Shown here in pieces: positions 14,001 to 23,057 of a DNA stretch of 64,000 nt. How positions within the stretch are numbered: the first letter of the stretch is position 1; the number at the start of each line of letters is the position of its first letter. A program made the translations under genes and the position numbers. The notes beneath the pieces are model-generated. The model had not been told where the DNA came from, made no database searches, and saw only the letters and a list, made by a program, of their open reading frames with translations. The stretch spans positions 947,057-1,011,056 of the forward strand of contig NC_068989.1 of NCBI RefSeq assembly GCF_001194135.2. Direction: 5' to 3'. This stretch comes from Octopus bimaculoides. Lineage: Eukaryota.

Positions 14001-15474
14001 GTGTGCTCTACAACCCACCAGTCCACCTACACCTGCCATGTTCACATCCCAAGAAATATTTATTTATTTATTTATTTATATTTCTTTGGACAGACTTTTT
14101 CAGCATGCTAGATGAGAAGAGACATTAAATCCTGTTTCAACATTTCTTTGTTCCTTGGCAGAAAATAAAAGTGTGATTATCTCAAGACACTCTCACAGTG
14201 CAAAATCACTCTGGTTATCTTCTGCCACTCTTTCGTGTTCTGGTTCTAATCCTGCTCAGTTGTGCAGCAAAATGAATGGAGACAATGCAAGAACAACATT
14301 TTCATTTTTCGTTTCTTGGCATTTTCTCTATTTTCCTATTTTCTCTCACCATCACAGAAGTTGTTTCAGCTGCAGATGAGTTGTGGTGGTCATGAGGAGG
14401 AGGAGGGGGACTGTATCCTACCATTACATCCATTTTGCTTTTGTTATCTTTGGTAGCTAACAAAATTATGAAAAATTCTGGAAGCAACTTACCAACAAAA
14501 TCATCACTTGGGTAAGGTGTAGAAAATCTTCCAAAGCTTTTAGGGGCTGAAGGGGCCATTTTCCACCAAGGTCCATATGTGCGCTGAAACAAGAAAGATG
14601 GAGATAAATTGTAGGGCAAGTGGAGATATCTACCAAGAGGTTTATCTGCTTGGTTTGCTACAGCATCTTAACCCTTGCATATAGACGTGTACAGAGTTCC
14701 ATTTCTCCTCTTTGTCCTGCTAAACACACACAATTCTTAAAAAATAAATGGGGGCATTAATGTCATTATGAAAATTAGGCATGAACTTTGGTCCTGGCAT
14801 TTCTTTATCTTTCCAATCAAATTTTGTTTCTCTCCAACTCTCTCTCCCCTTTCTCTTCTTCTTTGTCCTAGAAGGGAGGGTAGTCAAGTATCTCCCAGTA
14901 TAATAAGACAGCTGCCTCTGTCCCTGTATCATACCCTAGCCTCTCATCTGGCACACAGTCACTTCCCTAAGCTGAGGGGTCTCTGTCTTGCAAGTCACTT
15001 GGCAACCTCACTGGTGCTTAGTTCTACAAAACAGAAACTCTGTTGGTGCCATGTAAAAAGTATCAGTGCTGGTTCCACCCAGTCCACTCTGTAGTGGTGG
15101 GTATTAGAAAGGGCATCCAGCCATAGAAACCGTGCCAAAATACACAATGGGAGCCTGGTGCAGCTCTCCAGCTGCCAACTCCTGTCAAACCGTCCAACCC
15201 ATGCCAGCATGGAAAACAGACATTAAATGACAATGAATGAACATGTATTTAAAAAACAACTTACAAACACACACGTGCATGTGAAATCTCCATGTTTTGG
15301 ATAAACTTCAGGTGGTCCAACTAAATTATTGGCAATGTAACACATACTTTGAGCCGCTCCATACTGTGAACTAAACTGAAGAACACGGTTCACAAAAAGT
15401 TCATCCAGGTGGAATTTGCCATTTGATGTCTTTTTGTAAACAGTGCTTTCACTGGAAGTTTGTCGTACGGTCAT
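428..15474 (-). CDS. FBXL4: F-box/LRR-repeat protein 4 orthologue; 13 coding exons in window, 3' end beyond left edge
   Basis: Thirteen GT-AG exons join in a consistent phase (1493 nt, ends phase 2). Translation has FBXL4-type N-terminal motifs (FSSQYG, RTYGPWW, ETYNPGAI, YYTEIDA), an F-box (LLPQEILFFLLSYLD..LSQTCK) and LRRs ending LKKLFLTANR, as I recall human FBXL4. Confidence 0.93.
821..1030 (-). mobile_element. Family A SINE-like repeat
   Basis: Reverse complement of the family A core and tail. Confidence 0.8.
1259..1369 (-). CDS. FBXL4: FBXL4 coding exon 12 (CIECLDFWRARSLSSNGL..LQELDLGW)
   Basis: attccag acceptor, GTAAGT donor, phase 2 to 2. Confidence 0.9.
2578..2670 (-). CDS. FBXL4: FBXL4 coding exon 11 (GCLKLRVLNLGSCFMVENYDKVAEYIAKYS)
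   Basis: atttcag acceptor, GTACCG donor, phase 2 to 2; resembles human LSLGSCVMIEDYD. Confidence 0.9.
3770..4000 (+). mobile_element. Family B SINE, degenerate
   Basis: Matches the 19292 head and centre with CpG decay. Confidence 0.7.
5556..5685 (-). CDS. FBXL4: FBXL4 coding exon 10 (ELDLQNCSGINCNEFEYICRLEQLENLNLYSTTV..)
   Basis: cttatag acceptor, GTAAGC donor, phase 1 to 2; LRR. Confidence 0.9.
6125..6320 (-). mobile_element. Family A SINE-like repeat
   Basis: Reverse complement of the family A core and tail. Confidence 0.75.
6340..6471 (-). mobile_element. Tc1-like transposase fragment
   Basis: Translates FIQLVKSDGNLNSTKSIQLLKNNLIPDLVEGEIFRHDGAPCNT, resembling the Tc1 catalytic region (..GNMNS..Y..IL..NL.P..FQQDNAPCH). 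Confidence 0.7.
6675..6784 (-). CDS. FBXL4: FBXL4 coding exon 9 (LLVASNTNLICLRLACCDFITLTSLQILVKACRNLE)
   Basis: cttacag acceptor, GTAAGA donor, phase 2 to 1; LRR. Confidence 0.9.
6990..7260 (+). mobile_element. Family A repeat, tandem-unit 5' part
   Basis: Same GCCAGT..GGCACATAAAAGCACC units as 1..180. Confidence 0.8.
7845..8085 (+). mobile_element. Family A SINE-like repeat
   Basis: Core and (GAT)n tail present. Confidence 0.75.
8607..8704 (-). CDS. FBXL4: FBXL4 coding exon 8 (VSDKTLNSLVSRCKKLNKLDVSWCNVTDLSLK)
   Basis: atttcag acceptor, GTAAGT donor, phase 0 to 2; LRR. Confidence 0.9.
8845..9330 (+). mobile_element. CR1/L2-clade LINE ORF2 3' remnant
   Basis: ERDLDIT.SSDL..TKHISTIVQKA and PHLQFASPVWNPYLAEDIDLLETVQRHATKRIP across a frameshift. 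Confidence 0.85.
9840..9909 (-). CDS. FBXL4: FBXL4 coding exon 7 (YLRDSTYDAFLWTKVNLKPYWYK)
   Basis: tttgttag acceptor, GTAACT donor, phase 2 to 0; resembles the human LNLQPYW motif. Confidence 0.9.
10853..10923 (-). CDS. FBXL4: FBXL4 coding exon 6, F-box core (QEILFFLLSYLDQVSLCLLSQTC)
   Basis: CAGCAG tandem acceptor, GTAAGA donor, phase 0 to 2. Confidence 0.92.
10942..11007. repeat. (AAT)n microsatellite, about 22 units
   Basis: Read directly from the sequence. Confidence 0.95.
11112..11194. repeat. Minisatellite, six copies of ACCATGAAAT(AT)AT (period 12-14)
   Basis: Read directly from the sequence. Confidence 0.95.
11199..11397 (-). CDS. FBXL4: FBXL4 coding exon 5 (LFRIEFHHQMLQYYTEIDAIQL..GGYFKLLP)
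   Basis: tgtttcag acceptor, GTAAGT donor, phase 2 to 0. Confidence 0.92.
11640..11990 (+). mobile_element. RTE LINE 3' ORF remnant
   Basis: TETWVLNVEDMQKLERN..RRLCWYGHVM, typical of the RTE C-terminus. Confidence 0.75.
12468..12560 (-). CDS. FBXL4: FBXL4 coding exon 4 (WNCVWSGPPQKCSEKCRIFEISFKPISYPT)
   Basis: ttttcag acceptor, GTAAGT donor, phase 2 to 2. Confidence 0.9.
12940..13175 (+). mobile_element. RTE LINE 3' end remnant
   Basis: GRG*PRKTWDEVLKDDLRML..MTKDRDNW-like; similar to the 11880-11990 copy. Confidence 0.7.
13215..13425 (+). mobile_element. Family A SINE-like repeat
   Basis: Core and tail present. Confidence 0.75.
13640..13769 (-). CDS. FBXL4: FBXL4 coding exon 3 (EILFERMVYPIGFKVYETYNPGAIVKVMACD..)
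   Basis: ttttcag acceptor, GTAGGC donor, phase 1 to 2. Confidence 0.92.
14493..14583 (-). CDS. FBXL4: FBXL4 coding exon 2 (RTYGPWWKMAPSAPKSFGRFSTPYPSDDFV)
   Basis: gtttcag acceptor, GTAAGT donor, phase 0 to 1. Confidence 0.92.
15040..15235 (+). mobile_element. Family A SINE-like repeat
   Basis: Core and tail present; ends about 30 bp from the FBXL4 exon 1 donor. Confidence 0.75.
15265..15474 (-). CDS. FBXL4: FBXL4 coding exon 1 (MTVRQ..HGDFTCTCVF); exon starts at 15514 with a 40-nt leader
   Basis: Acceptor tttttctttatag ending 15515, ATG at 15474, donor GTAAGT at 15264; phase 0. Confidence 0.85.
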
Positions 15475-15624
15475 CTTGCTTGATAAACATTTGTTATTTA
15501 TTTGCTTGGAAAATCTATAAAGAAAAAGTTAAACATTATTTACATTGACAACACATGCAGTTGTTATCTTTAACAAAACGATATTTTAACAATTTTTCAA
15601 ATATTTTGCAATCACATAGACATC

Positions 15625-15840
15625 TTCATCATCGTCATAATCATCATTTAACATCTGTTGTCCATGCTGGCATGGGTTGGACTGTTTGACCAGGGCTGGA
15701 AGGCTGCACCAGACTCCATTCTGATTTGTCATGATTTCTACAGCTGGATGCTCTTCCTAACACCAACCACTCCAAGAGTGTAATGGGTGCGTTTACATGC
15801 CACTGGCACAGGTGCCATTTACATGCCACCAGCACTAGAC
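15625..15840 (-). mobile_element. Family A SINE-like repeat
   Basis: Reverse complement of core and tail. Confidence 0.78.
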
Positions 15841-16845
15841 ATATAACTGTTGGAATATATTGCTTTTGCTTCAGTTAATTTTGAAAATGACGAAGAATTT
15901 AGTCAAATATCTTTGTCATTATCATTTTGTTCCAAACATTAGATTTTGATGAGAAGATTGAATTTAGGTCCTTTTGAAACAGAAAATTTGTATCATAGAA
16001 CGAAGGGTGGCTTTAGGGCAGTTGTTATCAAAAGAGCTAATAATAGAAAAAAAACAAAACAAACAAACTTATTTTCTGTAAGAACTAGATTTTTTGAAAT
16101 TATTTTTTCACTGGATTTGAAATGAAAATAAAGTAGGAAAACTGATGCCTCTGTTACACTTGAACTTCTCATCACCAGGCATGAAGTTACCTGCCTCAGT
16201 ACAACACCTCAATGAGTTGAGTGGGGTGGAGGTCTTGTCATGGGAGTTAGTTGATGACTTCAATGGTGATTGAAAAGCACCCAATACACTTTACAAAGTG
16301 GTTTTGCATTAAGAAGGGCATCCAGCTGTAGGAACCATGCCAAAAGCTCACATTATATATACATATATATACTATAATTTTGGTTCAAGAAAGAAAAGTG
16401 AGGCCTATAAACTGGTAAAAGCCCTTCCCTTGAAGAAATTGTAGAGATGATTTTGTTAAACCTGAAAGAGTTTCAAAATCTGAAGGTAATTAGATCAAGG
16501 TGAATAACTCTTACTGAGAAAAAGTGTTATGAAATAACTTTGAAGCATCAAAGCAGAGACGTGAAAAGAATGGTTGCCTCTGTTGCCAGTTGGAGAAGGT
16601 AAATGAGTGAGAAGAGGAGGGTGACACTTATTGCTGAGTATTTTATACAGAGAGGTCATGTTTGATCATTCATCTCTGTTCAAATGACTACAATTGGAGT
16701 CCAATGAGACATTTGGGATATTAGAGATTTGACAGTGAAAGTATAACATAGAGTAAACCGTCTCTCAACTTGTTCTGTATTCTTCATACTTTGAACATAA
16801 AGGTAGGTTTGAAATTTCAGCATCATATTCTAATTTAAATCTGAT

Positions 16846-16878
<33 letters not shown>

Positions 16879-17881
16879 ATATATATATATCATCATCATC
16901 ATTTAATGTCTACTTTCCATGCTGGCATGAACGCTTTGACAGGAAACCAGAGGTGCAGGGCTGCATCAAGCTCCCGTGTCATCTTTTGCATGGTTTTATG
17001 ACTTGAATACTCCATGCTGGCATGGGTTAGGTTATTTGACCGGAGCTGGTGAGCCAGAGGGCGGCACAAGGTTCGTCTGGTTTGGCATGGCTTCTCCGTC
17101 ATATCAGACTGGAACTTGGTGTAGCCCTGAAGTAAGAAATTTTTGACTTCATTTATAACACTTTGAAAATCCTTGCAGACAAAGAATTAGCTTTATTAGA
17201 AATTTCCTGACAATAAATATTTAATTTTTAGCTCATTAGAAATAATATTTTCAATTGTAGAAACTACAGCAATGAGAGAATTAGCAGGTTCCTATAGTTT
17301 TTAAGTATTGCCATACACCAAACAATGGAGCAAGCTGGCAGAAGCATTAGTTTGTCGGGCAAAATGGTTAGCTGCAGTTCTTCTGGGTCTTTACGATTTG
17401 AGTTCAAATCCTGCTGAGGTGAACTTTACCTTTTATCCTTCTGAGGTTGATAAAATAAAGTATTGGTTAAATACTGGGGTTGTTGTAATCAATCTGTACC
17501 TTTCCTTTAAAATTGCTGGCCTTGAACTCAGATGTCTTGCTCAGTAGAAGTGCTGAGATCTCAGTCATTTAAACTGAGTAACCAGCCTTATGAGTCCAAG
17601 GGCTCATAAGCACCCCCCCCAAAAAAAAACAACCGAAATTGAGAATGACAGCCAATACTTAAAAACATGAACCTAAACATTAAGACATGGTAATTCTAAG
17701 TTGGATTCACGAAATTGCTCACTGAATAGTTTCACAATACTTGTGTCTTGGACTAGAAATACAATGTATAATTGTAATGAGGCTGATTAGATAGCTAAGG
17801 CGATATTTATTTATTTATGGGTTTCAGCCAAGTGGCTGTGGTCATGCTGGAGCACCACCGTGAGATATGTTGATATATATG

Positions 17882-18010
17882 AAGGAACGTGGCCTGGTGG
17901 TTAGGGTGTTGCACTCACGATCGCGCGATGGTGGTTTCGATTTCTGAACTGGCTGTGCACTGTGAACACTTCATTTCACGTTGCTCCAATCCACTCAGTA
18001 GTAAATGAGT
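17882..18010 (+). mobile_element. tRNA-derived SINE fragment
   Basis: A box TGGCCTGGTGG and B box GGTTTCGATT followed by a non-tRNA body (TTGCTCCAATCCACTCAG); no tRNA 3' acceptor arm. Confidence 0.6.
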
Positions 18011-18467
18011 TACCGTGACGGGTGAGAGGGTGACTCAAGGAAATCATCAGAATACATTTGTATTCAGCCTTTGAAAGGATGAATGAATACAACCTGTACT
18101 GTGAATGCCGACTGGTTGAGATTGGTTGTTCAAGGCCGTAAACAAATTTCGCCTTATGGGACACTATGCACATGCGGCGGAAAAATCAGAGAGAAACTGT
18201 CTCTAATATGATAGAGTGAGTTCTGTTTGATAAATAATGTTTCGTCAATTCTCTTATTCGTGTGTTAAAATAGCAAGATTTGAAATTATTCTTCAATCTG
18301 CCAAATCTATTCATTAAGAATATAACTGACAAAAGTAAAAACACGATAAAAAGAACGAGTCATAATGGAATGTAGATCATCTCATTCACAAATACAATAT
18401 GCAATATTGGTATTTCTTTCGAAAATGATTTTAAGCCAACCCAAAACACTTGTAGTACTGTTCATTT

Positions 18468-19075
18468 GGCACTGTCATGGTATTAGCTGTCAGAATTGAA
18501 AGTAGAACTGACAAGGAATGTTACTGCTGGTTTGAGTTGATTCTTTGGCTACTGACTGACCGGAGCTATCTATCTGTCTGTCTGTCTATCTCACTATCTC
18601 TCTCTATATCTATCTATCTATCTATCACTCGTTCACCTCTGTTTGTGTCCGTAGAATTTATCAAATTAGAAAACGCAAATTTAATATAAAAATATATTTT
18701 CTGAAATTGCAAATTATTTGAAATATAAAAATATAATTTTCAACAGAGAGAATTTATCAAAATAGAAAACAAATGAAGTTTGAAGTTTCAAAATAATAGG
18801 ATCGACCACTCACGACTAGCTAGCGCGGACGCGCGACTGCGCGTTCGGGACCACTCTGTGTGTTTTCAAACGCATGGCTATAGGTGTCAAATTTGTTCCA
18901 ATAACTTTCGAGTGATAGATAGATAGATAGAGAGAGAGACAGACAGACAGATAGCTCGCTCCGGCCAGTCATGGTATTAGCTGTCAGTAGCCAAAGAATC
19001 AACTCAAACCAGCAGTAACGTTCCTTGTCAGATTTTTCTACTTTCACTTCTGACAGCTAATACCATGACGGTGCC
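18468..19075. mobile_element. Non-autonomous DNA transposon (MITE), probably Merlin-type, 608 bp
   Basis: Long inverted arms (about 145-165 bp) starting GGCAC; perfect 8-bp target duplication GTTCATTT at 18460-18467 and 19076-19083; no ORF. Confidence 0.85.
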
Positions 19076-19291
19076 GTTCATTTGAATAAAGGCAGGGTTA
19101 GGGCAGACAGGAAGAAACTGACTTTAATGCCCTTTTTTAACGTCAGTGAGAGGAACAAGGGCTGTTTGTGTGTGGCCTTCGCAAACCATGACTGATAAGA
19201 CAATTGATAGACACAGAGCAATTACATGTAACAAACTACCTGCTTGAGTGGACTATGTGTTGTCTAAGAATGTTGCGTTTATAAATAAAAC

Positions 19292-19668
19292 AGGCGCAGG
19301 AGTAGCTGTGTGGTAAGTAGCTTGCTTACCAACCACATGGTCCCGGGCTCTGTCCCACTGCGTGACACCTCGGGCAAGTGTCTTCTACTATAGCCTCGGG
19401 CCGACCAAAGCCTTGTGAGTGTATTTGGAAGACGGAAACTGAAAGAAACCCGTCGTATATATGTATGTGTGTTTGTCCCCCCACCGTCGCTTGACAACCG
19501 ATGCTGGTGTGTTTACGTCCCCGTAACTTAGCAGTACGGTAAAAGTAACCGATAGAATAAGTACTAGGCTTACAAAGAATAAGTCCTGGGGTCGATTTGC
19601 TCGACTAAAGGCGGTGCTCCAGCATGGCAGCAGTCAAATGACTGAAACAAGTAAAAGAGTAAAAGAGT
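19292..19668 (+). mobile_element. Full-length tRNA-derived SINE with CORE-like centre (octopus OR-type); family B
   Basis: A-box/B-box-like head (GCTGTGTGGT..GGGCTCTGTCCC), CORE-like CTCGGGCAAGTG, (GTAAAAGA)n tail, flanked by an imperfect TAAATAAA(A)C duplication. Family name is from memory. Confidence 0.8.
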
Positions 19669-20134
19669 AAATAAACATTCTCACCACAGATAAAAAAATA
19701 TTACGATGGCCTTCGTCTTACAATTTCCATCGTAAACTGGACAAATCAATGATATAAAATTATATCTCTTAGTAAAAATAGTTTTTGATTAAACGCTAAT
19801 TTATAGTCTCTGCATAACACTTTTATAATCGCTATAATTAATCGCTAATAGGCAGATATTTCGGATTTCAATGAAGCGTGCAGATCTCAAAACGACAGGG
19901 TTTACAAATAGTAAACAACTTCCTGTCAAAAACAAGGGAGATAAGTCATACTTTACAAACGAAATTCCAAGAAAGATAACCCAAAATGGTCGTTGGAAGA
20001 TTCTTCAAGAAATTTGACTGAAGAGATCTCTTTTAGTCTGGAGAATCCTCACAGGTGAGGGCATTCCTATACAAGTGTGCCTCCCCCCACCGATTTTGTT
20101 TCCTCATAACTTACAAAAAAATAAAAAATTATTT

Positions 20135-20365
20135 AATGAAACTTTCGTCGTATATATATGTATATATATGTGTGTGTATTTGTGTCTGTTTGTCCCACTC
20201 CAACATCGCTTGACAACCGATGCTGGTGTGTTTACGTCCCCGTAACTTAGCGGTTCGGCAAAAGAGATCGATAGAATAAGTAATAGGCTGGGGTCGATTT
20301 GCTCGACTAAAGGCGGTGCTCCAGCATGGCCGCAGTCAAATGACTGAAACAATTAAAAGAGTATA
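20135..20365 (+). mobile_element. Family B SINE, 3' half
   Basis: Near-identical to 19450..19660 with a short deletion. Confidence 0.8.
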
Positions 20366-20489
20366 TCCTTCAGATGGTGTAGATTTCAATTATATTGGAA
20401 TTTGTGGTGACAATTTTTTTTCGGATTTGAGAGAGGAGTTTCGGAAAATTCTCACGAGTCGGCCTTGTTTCCTCATAATTTTCAGAAAT

Positions 20490-20750
20490 TAGTACCGCCT
20501 GATTGGCACATAAAAAGCACCATTCGAGCGTGATCGTTGCCAGTGCCCCCTGACTGGCTCCTGTGCCACGTAAAAAGCACCCACCACACTCTCAGAGTGG
20601 TTGGTGTTAGGAAGGGCATCCAGCTGTAGAAACTTTGCCAGATCAGATTGGAGCCTGGTGCAGCTTTCTGGCTTGCCAGCCCTCAGTCAAACCGTCCAAC
20701 CCATGCTAGCATGGAAAACGGACGTTAAACGACGGCGATGATGATGATGA
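20490..20750 (+). mobile_element. Family A SINE-like repeat, CpGs intact
   Basis: Close match to 1..345. Confidence 0.85.
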
Positions 20751-20999
20751 TGGCCGCGTAGAAATATTACTGTTTGGTAAGAAGTGAAGGTTGGTGATAA
20801 AGCATCCAGTTGTAAAAAAATCTGCCTCAAGAAATTCCTTCTATCCCATGCAAGCATGGAAAAGTTGACGTTAAAACGATGATGATACATTTAAGTACCA
20901 TCTATTTGTATGTGCGTGTGTATGTATGCATGCATGTATGCGATGTATTTATTTATATGTTTGGCAGTATAGCTGTATGTACGTGACTGATAGAATCGA

Positions 21000-21411
21000 T
21001 TAAAATCCTTGTCGGCCGTCCTCCAGCTTGTCTATAGTCCGATAACTGAAACGTGAAAAAAAAAAAACTGTCATAAGAAAGAAAGTTTTTAATCGGCAAA
21101 GTTGATGTTTCTTACTCGTCACATTAATACAGGTGTTAGTGATTATCTCAAACAAATTTATCGGGCAAAGCACGTATTGTTTCAGCTTATATTTAATACA
21201 GACTTGAATATTACAGCGACAAATATAAAAAAATGCGAAGAATTTTGTTAAAACATGCGCCTGTTTTAATCTACTTAAAACAAAGTACAAAGGTTAACTC
21301 GTGGGTGACGAGAGTTAAACTTCACAACTTGATGATGATGTAGATATATTTTTTATTTTAATGAAATTTAAAACTCAATTCTGTAGTAAAAACAAATAAA
21401 AATGAGTGTGC

Positions 21412-21455
<44 letters not shown>

Positions 21456-21970
21456 CATACACTAGACATCTCTACATAGAAAGCTGTAAGATGATTTGTA
21501 TCGGGTTGGGAGGCGGCCTTATAAGCCGGACCACGTGCGAAGTGGGAGTATTGAAACTATAGAACGAATCCATTTACTTTGCTCGAAAGGGGTGAATAGT
21601 TGGCGCAACAGTTGCTTATCATAGTTTGGGAAATCTTACTATTTTGAGCAGAATACTTGAAAGTTTTTTTTCTCTTTATTTTAAATTTTGATAGAGTAAA
21701 TAAGTTAACAATAATCATTTGAAAGTTTTTAATGGTTTAGAGATTGATGTTGTACTTCCCTCAAATATGCTTGCTCCCCTCCTACAGCTTGTAGAAGTGA
21801 CGCTACCGTATTCCTCCGCTTACCTTGTTGGACTGTTTTTTTTTGACTGTCAAACTATATTTGTAATATAGTACCAAATATTTCTTCATCTTTCCAAATT
21901 ATTTTTTGCTGTTGCATTTCTAAAACTGTTTTTAACTCTCAAAGTTGCTTTCCTACTGTTCAACAAAGGA
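21000..21970. promoter_or_regulatory. Putative bidirectional promoter and 5' leaders of FBXL4 and IGF2BP
   Basis: Locally CpG-rich. GC-box-like GGGAGGCGG at 21508, TTATAA at 21519, E-box CACGTG at 21532-21537, YY1-like AAAATGGCCG at 22281, and a minus-strand 70-nt intron at 21046..21115. Motif function is inferred. Confidence 0.55.
21413..21452. repeat. (TA)n microsatellite, about 20 units
   Basis: Read directly from the sequence. Confidence 0.95.
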
Positions 21971-21971
21971 A

Positions 21972-22143
21972 ATGTTTAAAGTATACATCGGGAATTTACC
22001 GCCCAACATCAGCGATAGCAACCTGAGCGGTTTGTTGAAGGAGCATGGAGTAGAGACGAGCCATATATTGCTGAAGTCCAACTACGCTTTTCTCGATTGT
22101 CCCGATCAGATTAACGTCGATAAAGCTATTGACAAGCTCAACG
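21972..22143 (+). CDS. IGF2BP: IGF2BP coding exon 1 (MFKVYIGNLPPN..DKAIDKLN), RRM1
   Basis: ATG at 21972, donor GTAAGA at 22144, phase 1. Confidence 0.95.
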
Positions 22144-23021
22144 GTAAGAACAACGAGTAGCTGGCTTTTCTTAATCAAATATTTCTCTTCACACTTTTTG
22201 TCCCTGTTCTGTTGTAAAGCCTTTTTAATGCTGTTCTTTTCCAACGATTGCGAAACTCTTTCGACGGACAACCTTCATTCAAAATGGCCGGGAACCAGAA
22301 AAAATCCTCCCCAACAAAACTCAACATGTGTCGTAAAAAAACCCCGGTTATTTCGTCCTCCCCTTCAAAGTGATATTTAAACGCGGTCGAACTTTTACAC
22401 AAATAATAAATATCATTTTTAACTCATTTGTTTTTCAAGTCTTCGATGACTTTTTAACCGAATACAAAACTTTAAACTTTTCTCACTTTCTGCCTGTTCG
22501 GGATTTTTTTTTCTTCTCCGATATATTTGTTTGTTTTAATATTTTATCGCTTTTAAAATTGACAAAAATGTTCTTTTACTTCTTTTAACAAATTATCACT
22601 TTGTAACGGATGCGAAATAATGAGTTTTATAATCAACAGACTTTATTACAAGTTGAATCTAAGATGAAATAACTTTGACAAATTGTTGAAAGTTTTGTCA
22701 GAATCATGTTTCGAATGGTTGCAGCAGCAGCAGCAACAGCAACCCGGTATGTGTGTGGCATTCTTGTATATGTATGTGTGTGTTTATGTATGTAAAGTAT
22801 TTGTGTGTATATATACATATATACACACTACGTGTATTGACTTCAGTAGTTTGTGTGTGTGTGTGTATATATATATATACACACACACACACTTGTAAAT
22901 CCATATAAGCAGGCGTGTTTTCTGTACTTTGAGTTTCTTAGTTGATTACCAACTTCACACTTGTGTGTTTTGTCTTGATAACCAATATATTTATATCGTG
23001 TTTTATAGTGTATTTAGTTTT

Positions 23022-23057
<36 letters not shown>

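Noticed and set aside
17884-17945. tRNA gene
   Set aside because: It has A/B boxes but no closing acceptor stem and runs into a SINE body.
20097-20480. TTGTTTCCTCATAA repeated 370 bp apart
   Set aside because: It does not coincide with the SINE ends, so it cannot be called a TSD; origin unclear.
19701-21318. Short inverted repeats at 19701-19735 and 21294-21318 (also 37180-37270)
   Set aside because: Stems of 8-9 bp are expected by chance in 64 kb.
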